A DNA stretch of 64,000 bases from positions 998 to 64,997 of the forward strand of contig JBMFLZ010000002.1 in the NCBI GenBank assembly GCA_049970935.1, in the 5' to 3' direction. A model generated the notes under the pieces. It did not search any database and was not told where the DNA came from. It saw only the letters and a program-made list of their open reading frames with translations. A program made the translations under genes and the position numbers. Source of the stretch: Sulfolobales archaeon (lineage in GTDB: Archaea > Thermoproteota > Thermoprotei_A > Sulfolobales > AG1). This document shows, piece after piece, positions 28,020 through 37,257 of the stretch (position 1 is the first letter of the stretch; the number at the start of each line of letters is the position of its first letter).

Positions 28020-29000
28020 ATGAGTGAGAGTTCAGGTGTTATGAGAAGAGTTATTAGAATTGGTGAGAAAAGCATGGGTATCACTATACCTAGAGAGTGG
28101 CTTGATGCATTAGGAATAGATATAGGTTCTCTTGTGAAGCTAAGTATTGTAGGTAATAACATTATTATCTCACCGGTTTCAGAGACTGCGGCTGTGGTCA
28201 GGGAAATATCCTTAGATACCAGAGAGGATCTTGATACATCAGATAAGCTATCGAAAGTAATTATTGCTTCGTATCTCGAGGGTCTAGACAAAATAGTTTC
28301 TCTCGGCGACAGAATGATTATTAGGAAAGCTTTTAACGAGATCTTCAGTAAACTACCAGGTATAGTTCTATTTGAGAGTGGTAAAGAGCTAGAGTTTAGA
28401 ATATCAGTTGACGAAAACATCATGAATGTTGAATCTATAATAAAGACTATGGCTAGTAGCTCTCTTATGATGTTTGATTTAATAGATAAATACTTTGAGA
28501 CAAAAGATAGATCCTATCTAGATCAATTATTTGCTCTAGACGATGATCTAGATAGACTTCATTTCATGGGCATAAGACTAATCAAAAGATCATATCTTAT
28601 GAATCCCTCGGACGCCGGCGATCTATTAATAGCGATTAAATCACTTGAGCATGTAGGGGACTCTCTAGATAGAAGTGCCAGAATGCTACAGAGGATAGAG
28701 ATAAATGAGAAATGTATCTCAACAGCGGTGGAAATGCTGAAGAATACGAGAAGTTACTATGAGAGCTCATTGGATTCATACTATAAAAAAGATGTGTCGC
28801 GGGCAATTACTATTCTTAATGAAAGACCTGTTTACATGGATAAATTAATTGATCTAGTAACTAAAACATCTTGCGCGAGTGAGTTATCAGGAATACTTCA
28901 TGAGGCTCTTAATATAATAAGTATCTCGGCGGAGATATCTGAGCTTACTGTGAGTAAATTTATCAGAGATAAATTATCCAAAAAACAATCAAATAAATAA
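28020..29000 (+). CDS. AbrB/SpoVT-domain + PhoU-like regulator (paralog of 10113-11165)
   Basis: MRRVIRIGEKSMGITIPREWLDALGIDIGSLVKLSI is an AbrB fold, and the C-terminus is PhoU-like and helical (LEHVGDSLDR). The tracked ORF begins at 27915, but that stretch looks like a promoter (CTTTATAATTTTTA). Confidence 0.65.
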   Translation: MSESSGVMRRVIRIGEKSMGITIPREWLDALGIDIGSLVKLSIVGNNIIISPVSETAAVVREISLDTREDLDTSDKLSKVIIASYLEGLDKIVSLGDRMIIRKAFNEIFSKLPGIVLFESGKELEFRISVDENIMNVESIIKTMASSSLMMFDLIDKYFETKDRSYLDQLFALDDDLDRLHFMGIRLIKRSYLMNPSDAGDLLIAIKSLEHVGDSLDRSARMLQRIEINEKCISTAVEMLKNTRSYYESSLDSYYKKDVSRAITILNERPVYMDKLIDLVTKTSCASELSGILHEALNIISISAEISELTVSKFIRDKLSKKQSNK

Positions 29001-29007
29001 ATGCTTT

Positions 29008-29397
29008 CTAAGGTATATACGCTATAACCTCTATCTCAATTGGAGCATCTCTCGGCAGAGACTTTACCTCAACAACTGTTCTCGCAGGATAAGGTTCTTT
29101 GAAGTATCTCTCATATATCTCATTAAACTCTTGGAATCTGCTAAGATCTGTTAGATACACAGTAACCTTTACTACGTTATCATAAGAAGCACCTATGCTC
29201 TTGAGTATCTCCCCGATGTTAATCATAACAGTTTCTACGGCTTTTGAGAAAGGTTCCTTAATCAATTGATTTGTTGATGGATCAATTGGAATCTGGCCAG
29301 ACACGAAAACCAGATCCTTGTATCTAATAGCTTGACTATATGGACCTACGGGTTTCGGAGCTTTATCACTCTTAATCTCAATTTTTATTTTAAACAC
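29008..29397 (-). CDS. ridA: RidA/YjgF-family reactive-intermediate deaminase
   Basis: APKPVGPYSQAI, and ARTVVEVKSLPRDAPIEIEV at the C-terminus. Confidence 0.9.
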   Translation of the reverse strand: MFKIKIEIKSDKAPKPVGPYSQAIRYKDLVFVSGQIPIDPSTNQLIKEPFSKAVETVMINIGEILKSIGASYDNVVKVTVYLTDLSRFQEFNEIYERYFKEPYPARTVVEVKSLPRDAPIEIEVIAYIP

Positions 29398-29432
29398 CCG
29401 AGGTAATATTAAAGAGATGTCTTATTAACTCT

Positions 29433-29714
29433 ATGATAAAGAAAATAATTGGTGAAGATAAAATCTATCTAACCCTCGACCAGGCACAGATCAATAGAAA
29501 ATATAGGGTTGTTTCAGTCTCCGCCGGGAGAGGGTTGACAGAGAGAATATATGAGATGGGTCTACTACCAAATACAGATATAGTTATAATTAGTAGATCT
29601 GGTGGACATGTTATTGTTCTTGTGAAAGGTGTTTCCGTAGCATTGAGCAGAGGCATAGCTAAGAAAATTTTTGTTGAAGAATTAGGGAGTACAGAAGCAG
29701 TTAGATCACCATAA
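29433..29714 (+). CDS. feoA: FeoA-domain protein
   Basis: SH3-like FeoA pattern (YRVVSV...RIYEMGLLPNTDIVII...VLVKGVSVALSRGIAKKIFV). Immediately upstream of feoB. Confidence 0.8.
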   Translation: MIKKIIGEDKIYLTLDQAQINRKYRVVSVSAGRGLTERIYEMGLLPNTDIVIISRSGGHVIVLVKGVSVALSRGIAKKIFVEELGSTEAVRSP

Positions 29715-29756
29715 TCATGATCACTAATAGAATACCCTTATATAACATTCGATAAC

Positions 29757-29774
29757 TTTTAGGAATTCCTAAAA
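29757..29774. promoter_or_regulatory. Perfect 18-bp palindrome abutting the feoB TATA-like box (candidate operator)
   Basis: TTTTAGGAATTCCTAAAA is its own reverse complement. CTTATATTTT follows directly, and the feoB GTG is at 29807. Confidence 0.5.
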
Positions 29775-29806
29775 CTTATATTTTCATAGAGATAAGATAG
29801 TATAAG

Positions 29807-31975
29807 GTGGTAGAGATAGTCTCATCATTGCGGAAGCATGCTAGAGCAGAGATATTAGGAGTACGAGAAGAAGCCGATCTCATTGTAGCTTTGGCGGGAG
29901 CTATGAACACTGGTAAATCATCACTTTTCAATATCTTAACAGGAGCATCAACAAAAGTGTCTAACTGGCCCGGTACAACAGTTTCTGTAAAAAGAGGCTA
30001 CAGAAGATCTCATGGAAAAACTATTTTATTCGTAGATATGCCTGGTATTAGAGGATACTATGGGGCTACTTTAGAAGAGAGCGTAGCTAAAAGGTATCTT
30101 TTGCATGAGAAATATGATGTTATCGTAGCACTAGGAGACTATGTTGCACCAGAGAAATCTTTGTATATTAATTTATTAATCGCCGAACTCTTTCCAAGAA
30201 CAATATTTGTTTTTAATAAGGTTGATAAAATATCTATTAAAGAAGCAAAGGATTTCGAAAATTATCTATATAACCGCTTAGGTGTAAAAACAATCTCCGT
30301 ATCTGCTATAAGAGAAACTGGCGTCAAAGAATTGGAGAAGACAATACTAGAATTAGGTAGTGACAAGAGATCTTTGTACTGCACTAGCATAAAGATAGAT
30401 TATAGAGACCTGGAACAATATATAGAGGATATAATTAAGATTTTATCAAATTATCATATAGATCAATGTAAGACCTCTCTCAGAGGATTAGCAGTTAATT
30501 ATTTAGCAGGAGACTTTGATGTAGAAAATTACCTAAGTAGTTTATTAAGTGAGACAGACATGAATAAAATAGCGTCTATCAGAGAAAAAGCTCGCGAAAA
30601 TCTTAAGATGAATCTAGCAGATTACATAATTATTAGAAGATATGAATTCGTAGAGTCCTTGCTCAAATCCTCTCCTCTTAAAAAGATCTTTGAAACAACA
30701 TACTATAGAAGAAGTTGGGTAGATAAAATCATAGAAATACCCTTAGGAGGAGTACTGATTGCATTAGGCATATTATTCTTATTATTCTCGACTATATTCA
30801 TATTAAACACAGGTTTTCCACTCACCACAATATTCTCGATGCTAGGTCTCGAAGAAATATCCACGATTTTAGAGACCTATTCTTTATCTGGTCTTTTATC
30901 AGCTTTAATAGGATTCGTTTCTGACCTAATCAGATCAGGTTTAACCAGTGCTCCGGAACCACTAGTGAGTTTATTGACAGACGGTATTCTAGGAGGTGTT
31001 GGAGCAGTAATTACCTTCATACCACTAATATTTCTAGTAAGCCTAGGATTTGCTGTATTAGAGGACAGTGGTATAGCGACTAGAGTAGCTGTAGGTCTCC
31101 ATAGAGGTCTCTCAAGATTTGGTTTCTCTGGTAGATATGTCTATCCGATACTAGTAGCGTTAGGGTGTAACGTGCCAGCTGTTATGTTATCGAGAGGAGC
31201 TTTATCAAGTGGAGAGAGATTAGCACAGATTCTATCAGTACCTTTCATCCCGTGTCAAGCCAGATTAATTGTTATGTTAGCATTTGCTCAAGCAATATTT
31301 CCTGATAGACCTCTTGAGCAAGCCTTATTAGTTCTCTTAATTTATGTCATTGGTATAACAATTTCTATTATATCAGGAGCAGTTACAAGAAGATTATTTA
31401 TTCGCGAGAGATATGAGCCTGAACTTTTATTAGAGCTTCCAGAGGTTCATAGACCCTATGCTAAGGTTGTGGGATGGATTAGTTGGAGCTATACTAAAGA
31501 ATTCATTATTAAAGCTGGAATAATCATCTTCTTGCTAAGTATATTCGTGTGGTTCCTAAGCTATTATGGCCCAAGTGGCTACGTGGGCAATAAATTTGAA
31601 GAGAGCTACGGATATTTAATAGGATCATATATAGCACCTCTCCTATCTCCGCTGAACATAGATCCTCAAAAAGCACCCTATATAGGTTTTGCATTACTTC
31701 AGGGATTCGTAGCTAAAGAAGGACTATTATCAGGTATAACTATAATGACGGGTATAGAGAGTCCTGTAGAGGCTGTCGGGAGCTTAGGTCTCACAACTGC
31801 ACAAATGATCTCTTTATTAATCTTCATGATGTTATACGTTCCTTGCCTAGCCACTCTCTCAGTAATATATCAAGAGACGCGTAGTTTAAAATGGACACTA
31901 CTAGCAATACTCTATATGGTCTCTATCGCCCTACTAATTAGTTTAGCAGTATACTATACATTATCACTTATATAA
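29807..31975 (+). CDS. feoB: Ferrous iron transporter FeoB
   Basis: N-terminal G domain (GAMNTGKSSLFN, DMPG, NKVD), then a polytopic permease with Gate motifs. Confidence 0.9.
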   Translation: MVEIVSSLRKHARAEILGVREEADLIVALAGAMNTGKSSLFNILTGASTKVSNWPGTTVSVKRGYRRSHGKTILFVDMPGIRGYYGATLEESVAKRYLLHEKYDVIVALGDYVAPEKSLYINLLIAELFPRTIFVFNKVDKISIKEAKDFENYLYNRLGVKTISVSAIRETGVKELEKTILELGSDKRSLYCTSIKIDYRDLEQYIEDIIKILSNYHIDQCKTSLRGLAVNYLAGDFDVENYLSSLLSETDMNKIASIREKARENLKMNLADYIIIRRYEFVESLLKSSPLKKIFETTYYRRSWVDKIIEIPLGGVLIALGILFLLFSTIFILNTGFPLTTIFSMLGLEEISTILETYSLSGLLSALIGFVSDLIRSGLTSAPEPLVSLLTDGILGGVGAVITFIPLIFLVSLGFAVLEDSGIATRVAVGLHRGLSRFGFSGRYVYPILVALGCNVPAVMLSRGALSSGERLAQILSVPFIPCQARLIVMLAFAQAIFPDRPLEQALLVLLIYVIGITISIISGAVTRRLFIRERYEPELLLELPEVHRPYAKVVGWISWSYTKEFIIKAGIIIFLLSIFVWFLSYYGPSGYVGNKFEESYGYLIGSYIAPLLSPLNIDPQKAPYIGFALLQGFVAKEGLLSGITIMTGIESPVEAVGSLGLTTAQMISLLIFMMLYVPCLATLSVIYQETRSLKWTLLAILYMVSIALLISLAVYYTLSLI

Positions 31976-31998
31976 ATAAGTCTTCAAGGATTTCTCCT

Positions 31999-32352
31999 AT
32001 GAATAAAGAGGATCTTTATACTGAGGCTCTTCAATTGCTAAAATTAATCAAAGAAAAATTTGGGGAAGACACAAAATTTACAATAAATGATTTAAGAACT
32101 CAGATAAATAAGGATTCTTTGAGAATCAGGATTTTATTGGCTATGCTGATTGAGAAAGGATACATCGAGGAGATAGTAGAAAACGTAGATCTTGACGCTA
32201 CTAATAATATGTGTAGTCTATGCATGAAATGCCCCTTCAGAAAATTCTGTCCTATAAATAAGATATCGAGGGAAATTATAGTAAACTTAAGATCAAATAA
32301 AATAATTTTTTATAGATTGCGAAGAAAAGTTATTATTCCTGACCACTCTTAA
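31999..32352 (+). CDS. Winged-helix protein with C-terminal Cys cluster (FeoC-like candidate)
   Basis: wHTH-like INDLRTQINKDSLRIRILLAMLIEKGYIEE, followed by C-SL-C-MK-CP-FRKF-C. Located directly downstream of feoB. Confidence 0.45.
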   Translation: MNKEDLYTEALQLLKLIKEKFGEDTKFTINDLRTQINKDSLRIRILLAMLIEKGYIEEIVENVDLDATNNMCSLCMKCPFRKFCPINKISREIIVNLRSNKIIFYRLRRKVIIPDHS

Positions 32353-34384
32353 GTGACTTTCTTAGTAAAACAGCTAAGTCAATTACTTCAATATTGTAAT
32401 TTGGTGCCTCCGCTCTTAACATCGTATTACATATAGGGCACGCCGTAATTATGGCCTCAGCTCCTGTCTTCTTTGCTTCCTCTATTCGTAATTTACTTAT
32501 TCTAACCCCTCTCTTAATCTCAAATAATACATGTCCTCCTCCACCACCGCAACAGAAGCTTTTCTCTCTACTTCTAGGCATTTCCACGAGTCTGATCCCT
32601 TTGATACTCTTTATTACTTCTCTAGGCTCATCATAGATCCCATTCCATCTACCTAAGTAGCAAGGATCGTGATAAGTAACTTTTTTCTCTGATATTTCGC
32701 CCGGTGCAATTAACTTTTTATCAAGTAATTCTTTGAGTAGTTGTGAGTGATGTATAATTTCCTTATCAATAGAGAATCCTATACTGGGATAATCTCTCTT
32801 GAAGATCGTGTATCCATGTGGACATGATACTAGTAGTCTCTTAAACTTATATCTTAATAATTTCTCGTAGTTACCTTTAGCTATTTCGTAGAAGCTTACC
32901 TCGTCCCCTATTCTTCTCACGGGCTCTCCACAACATGTTTCCTCGAGTAAGACTGCCACGCTAAGACCTACTTGCTTAAGTATCTCGAGAAGACTCTCAG
33001 CTATAATTCTTAGATTAGGATCATAACTAGTGTTACAACCAATCCAATATAAAATATCGTACTCTTTATCCTCAGAAGCTATCTCCACCAAACCTCTGTT
33101 GACAAGAGCCTTGATCCATTCTTCTCTCTCAATAGGATTATACGCGTATGGATTACCTACTCTAAGTGTATTATATGATATACTCAGGACCTCGTCTGGG
33201 ATCTCTTTACCAACGAAGAATAATCCTCTTCTCAAATCAGCTATAGTATTAACGTGATCTATTAGAACAGGACAAGCATTTACACAAGCTCCACAAGTTA
33301 CACAGGACCACACAATCTCGGGCTCTATAATCGCGGGTATAATCTCTCTGTTCCACTGATTCGTTTCCATAGCATTTCTCATTTTGATCATTAGATTCAT
33401 TGGTGAGAGAAGTTTACCGCTTAGATTAGCTGGACACTGATTATGACATCTAGCACATCTTATGCATGCCAAGTAATTCAATCTTTGAAGCCAGCCAGTG
33501 TCTCTTAGCTCAATAACACCTATTCTTTTTCCGCTCTCGATAATCTTATCAATGTCTTTTATAGGACTAAAACTTTTCTCTATAGAAAGCTTATCCTCGG
33601 AGAATATCACATTCAGAGATGATACAACTATATGAGATAGTTTACTATACATAATCACAGCTAAGGAAATCATTACAATTGATAAATGAAATACCCACAA
33701 AGATCTGTATAATAGAACTAAATTATCATAACCCAAATCCGGTATTAAGTAAGAGAATATTAGTCCACCAATATTGTAAGGCCCGATCCAGGGAGCTCTG
33801 TAAATTAAATAATCAATTGCATCGAGTAAAAAACCTGTTAAAATTATAACTATTAAGAGAATAAGGATCACTGTATCCTCTTTGTAATTTGGTAGATCCC
33901 TTGTTAATTTAAAAAGTCTTCTAATGAGAGCCATAACTAATCCTGCTAAAGCTACGAGACCACCTAAGTCAGCTACTAATTTATAGACCATGTAAGATAA
34001 ATCAGTTAATAATGCTCTTCCAGTATACGTGTAGACGTAGTAGTCTATAGCTCGTATTATTGTAGCTATTAATAGTATTGTGAATCCATAGAAGATCATT
34101 GCATGCATTAAACCAGGGTATTTCTCCCGAAGAATTCTTCTCTGAAGAAGCACGTATTGCGCTACTCTATGTAGTTTTTTTACATAATTATTTGTTAAGA
34201 GCATCATCTTAATATCGTAGCCTTTAAAAAAGGATCTGTAATAACTATAGAGAGAAAATAATATGATTGCTATGACTAAGAACATCTCTATATACACTAG
34301 AGACTTTAAGTCTTCTACAAATAGATAGTGGCAAAAACTTCTAGATACACAATTAGACGTTAGAGAATTCAGAGAAAGCACCAT
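32333..34384 (-). CDS. Membrane-anchored Fe-S oxidoreductase (NarI-like TM domain + 2x[4Fe-4S] + HdrD-type CCG domains)
   Basis: About 6 N-terminal TM helices, CIRCARCHNQCP and CVTCGACVNACP ferredoxin motifs, and CCG motifs (ETCCGEP, FCCGGGGG). Confidence 0.75.
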   Translation of the reverse strand: MVLSLNSLTSNCVSRSFCHYLFVEDLKSLVYIEMFLVIAIILFSLYSYYRSFFKGYDIKMMLLTNNYVKKLHRVAQYVLLQRRILREKYPGLMHAMIFYGFTILLIATIIRAIDYYVYTYTGRALLTDLSYMVYKLVADLGGLVALAGLVMALIRRLFKLTRDLPNYKEDTVILILLIVIILTGFLLDAIDYLIYRAPWIGPYNIGGLIFSYLIPDLGYDNLVLLYRSLWVFHLSIVMISLAVIMYSKLSHIVVSSLNVIFSEDKLSIEKSFSPIKDIDKIIESGKRIGVIELRDTGWLQRLNYLACIRCARCHNQCPANLSGKLLSPMNLMIKMRNAMETNQWNREIIPAIIEPEIVWSCVTCGACVNACPVLIDHVNTIADLRRGLFFVGKEIPDEVLSISYNTLRVGNPYAYNPIEREEWIKALVNRGLVEIASEDKEYDILYWIGCNTSYDPNLRIIAESLLEILKQVGLSVAVLLEETCCGEPVRRIGDEVSFYEIAKGNYEKLLRYKFKRLLVSCPHGYTIFKRDYPSIGFSIDKEIIHHSQLLKELLDKKLIAPGEISEKKVTYHDPCYLGRWNGIYDEPREVIKSIKGIRLVEMPRSREKSFCCGGGGGHVLFEIKRGVRISKLRIEEAKKTGAEAIITACPICNTMLRAEAPNYNIEVIDLAVLLRKSLKSGQE

Positions 34385-34482
34385 AAATTATTTAACTAGT
34401 TTGCTTATAATCGTTAGTCAAATGATCTCCTGTATTTATTAACTTTGTAACCAATACTTTAATCACATGCAATATGTAGGAG

Positions 34483-34944
34483 ATGTATTTAATGGCGTAT
34501 GTATCGGGAATTGAAGGAAATTCTTATAAAATAAACAAGTTAAGAGAGGGATTAGAGAACATAGTTGTTGTGGGGAGAGTGCTAGAATCTACTCAACCAA
34601 GAACTATTCAGACTAAAAAAGGAGTTAGAACCATAAGCACAGCTGTTATTGGGGATGAAACAGGTAGAGTAAAACTGACTTTATGGGGGAGATTAGCAGG
34701 TGCTTTAAAGGTAGGTGATGTTATCAAAGTGAGCAATGCGTGGACAACATCGTATAAGGGAGAAGTTCAATTAAATGCTGGATCCAAATCCTCTATAGAG
34801 GTGATTAAAGAATCTGAGAACTTTCCGAAAGAAGACGAGATCCCTGAAAACAGACCTAAAGCCTTTGAGGAAGGTAGATACGGCGAGAGAAGAGGATTTA
34901 GAAGTAAGCGAGGGTTTAGAAGATCGCGAGGAGAGGAAGAATGA
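34483..34944 (+). CDS. ssb: Crenarchaeal single-stranded DNA-binding protein
   Basis: IQTKKGVRTISTAVIGDETGRVKLTLWG...NAWTTSYKGEVQLNAGSKS is near-identical in pattern to Sulfolobus SSB. The tail is basic, RG-rich and ends acidic. Confidence 0.9.
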   Translation: MYLMAYVSGIEGNSYKINKLREGLENIVVVGRVLESTQPRTIQTKKGVRTISTAVIGDETGRVKLTLWGRLAGALKVGDVIKVSNAWTTSYKGEVQLNAGSKSSIEVIKESENFPKEDEIPENRPKAFEEGRYGERRGFRSKRGFRRSRGEEE

Positions 34945-35210
34945 TAGAATCAACTTCTAAATATATACATCAGGGAGATTTCCTAGGTAGTGATGGAGAG
35001 AACTTCTTGGTTGCTTTATCAGAGCAGGAGATATATTCATTAGATGCAGCAACATACTATGTATGGTCTCTATGTGATGGAGAGAATAGTGTAGAAGATA
35101 TAATTAATAATATCTCGGTGAACTTTAATCTGGACAAGAACGAGATCGAAGAGCCAATAAAGAACATTATCAAAGCATTACTAGATGCTAAATTACTAAA
35201 AGAACTATAG
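34941..35210 (+). CDS. PqqD-family (RRE-like) small protein
   Basis: ...IYSLDAATYYVWSLCDGENSVEDIINNIS...EIEEPIKNIIKALLDAKLL matches the PqqD winged-helix pattern. The ATG overlaps the ssb TGA (ATGA). Confidence 0.6.
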   Translation: MIESTSKYIHQGDFLGSDGENFLVALSEQEIYSLDAATYYVWSLCDGENSVEDIINNISVNFNLDKNEIEEPIKNIIKALLDAKLLKEL

Positions 35211-35286
35211 GAGGAATTAGGAATAAATAATAAAGTGGCTGATAGCATCTACTATATTTTAAAATAATTTTTTTCTCAAAACTATA

Positions 35287-36252
35287 TTGAGTAATATAAT
35301 GAAGGTTTTAGTCACAGGTGGAGCTGGTTTCATAGGTAGTCATATAGTAGATAAGCTACTAGATCTAGGCTACCGTGTTTACGTAATAGATAACTTATCC
35401 TCTGGCCGTATTGAATATATTGAGAAATGCTTAAATGATCCCAACTGTCGATTTAGAAAATGTGATATCAAAGAACCTATGTGTTTAAATGAGTTAGACA
35501 ACGTAGACATAATATACCATTTAGCCGCAAACCCCGACGTTAGGTCGTCTTATTATGAGCCTGACGTTAATTATTATGAAAATGTTTACGCTACCTTCAG
35601 AGTTCTTGAATTTGCTAGAAAAAGAAATGTTATGAGATTAATATTTGCAAGTAGTAGCACTGTTTATGGAGACGCTGAGAAAATACCGACCCCAGAGGAG
35701 CATCCTATAAGACCAATAAGTATATATGGTGGATGTAAGGCTGCTAGCGAAGCACTAATTATTAGCTACGCAAATTCACACAAGATAAGATCCATAATAG
35801 TTAGATTAGCCAACATAATCGGTCCCCGAAGCACACATGGTGTAATATATGATTTTATCAAGAAGCTGAGGAGAGATCCTAGCACCTTAGAGATTTTAGG
35901 AGATGGAAATCAGAAAAAAAGTTATCTATATATAGATGATACAGTAGATGCTTTTTTGAAATTAGCTAGTTATATGGATGATATGGAGGGAATGTACGAT
36001 ATATTTAATGTAGGAAATGAGGACTGGCTCACAGTAAATGAGATTGCTGATTTGGTCATCGAGAAAATGGGTTTGAGGGATGTTAAGAAGATCTATCGAC
36101 CTGCTACAATTGATGGTAGAGGATGGATTGGGGACGTGAAATTTATGTTATTAGATATCTCAAAGATTAAGAGAAGAATTGGTTGGAAACCTTCAATTAA
36201 TAGTAGAAAAGCTGTTGAATTAACAACAGAGTATCTCTTGAAACAATTATAA
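35287..36252 (+). CDS. NAD-dependent epimerase/dehydratase (extended SDR)
   Basis: VTGGAGFIGSH and the YGGCK catalytic YxxxK. The likely start is the ATG at 35299. Confidence 0.85.
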   Translation: MSNIMKVLVTGGAGFIGSHIVDKLLDLGYRVYVIDNLSSGRIEYIEKCLNDPNCRFRKCDIKEPMCLNELDNVDIIYHLAANPDVRSSYYEPDVNYYENVYATFRVLEFARKRNVMRLIFASSSTVYGDAEKIPTPEEHPIRPISIYGGCKAASEALIISYANSHKIRSIIVRLANIIGPRSTHGVIYDFIKKLRRDPSTLEILGDGNQKKSYLYIDDTVDAFLKLASYMDDMEGMYDIFNVGNEDWLTVNEIADLVIEKMGLRDVKKIYRPATIDGRGWIGDVKFMLLDISKIKRRIGWKPSINSRKAVELTTEYLLKQL

Positions 36253-36291
36253 ATAAACACAATACTGTATATTGAAGAAAAATTTAATTAT

Positions 36292-37257
36292 TTATTTCTT
36301 CAAGAGCTCTTTCACTTTCTTTGTGAAGATTGGTAGAAACTCGTAAAGATCTCCAACAATACCGTAGTCGGCATTCTTAAATATTGGTGCATTAGGATCC
36401 TTGTTAACAGCCACAACCACTCTTGAATCAATTATACCAGCTATGTGCTGGGGCTGACCTGATATACCTAATGCTAGATATAGCTTAGGCTTAACTTTTT
36501 TACCAGATAACCCCACCCAATGCTCCTCAGGTAGCCACTTGAGATCTGCTGCTATGGGTCTTGAGCAACCTACTTGACCACCTAATACCTCTGCCAACTC
36601 AAAAACAGCCTTTAGATCTGTTTCTGATTTAAATCCTCTTCCAACGGACACTATTATATCAGCTTCTTCTAATCTAACTGCTGCCGCCTTCTTAGGTTTT
36701 CTATCAATAATTTTCACCTTAGGCTGAATAATTATTTCAATTGGCTCTATAATAGTTTTTGTATCGGAGATCTTAGTGGGCGAAGATCTTCCTAATCCTA
36801 TTAATATGAAAGCTTTTTTAATTAATTTCTCTAGAGACCTTACTCTACCAGCCATTATACTTCTTATAAAAATCACAGATCCCTCTGAGAAATCTATTGA
36901 GGTAACATCTGGTATGACAGGGATCTTTAATTTCTGAGAGACGTATCCTGCAACTTCTTTATAGAGTTTCGTTGAGAAAGTAACAATAAGATCATAATTT
37001 TCTCTGTCGTATAGTTTGACTATTGCCTCTGAAATCTCCTCGTAAGTATCTAAACGTTCTTTATTTGAGACGTAAAATACTCTTCTGTACCCTATATTCT
37101 CCAGCTTAGATAATGTACTTTCAGCATATCCTCTCAGTAGAGCATCAGAATATCCTCCAGGGGATCTACTGATTATTTGATGTATTATACCACTTAAGTC
37201 ATTTACTTCTTTTTCATCTCCCACAACAAGAATCTTGATCTCTTTCATTTTTCTCAC
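36292..37257 (-). CDS. etfA: Electron transfer flavoprotein alpha subunit
   Basis: C-terminal FAD-binding pattern VGCSRPIA...VGLSGKKVKPKLYLALGISGQPQHIAGI. Overlaps etfB by 4 nt. Confidence 0.85.
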   Translation of the reverse strand: MRKMKEIKILVVGDEKEVNDLSGIIHQIISRSPGGYSDALLRGYAESTLSKLENIGYRRVFYVSNKERLDTYEEISEAIVKLYDRENYDLIVTFSTKLYKEVAGYVSQKLKIPVIPDVTSIDFSEGSVIFIRSIMAGRVRSLEKLIKKAFILIGLGRSSPTKISDTKTIIEPIEIIIQPKVKIIDRKPKKAAAVRLEEADIIVSVGRGFKSETDLKAVFELAEVLGGQVGCSRPIAADLKWLPEEHWVGLSGKKVKPKLYLALGISGQPQHIAGIIDSRVVVAVNKDPNAPIFKNADYGIVGDLYEFLPIFTKKVKELLKK

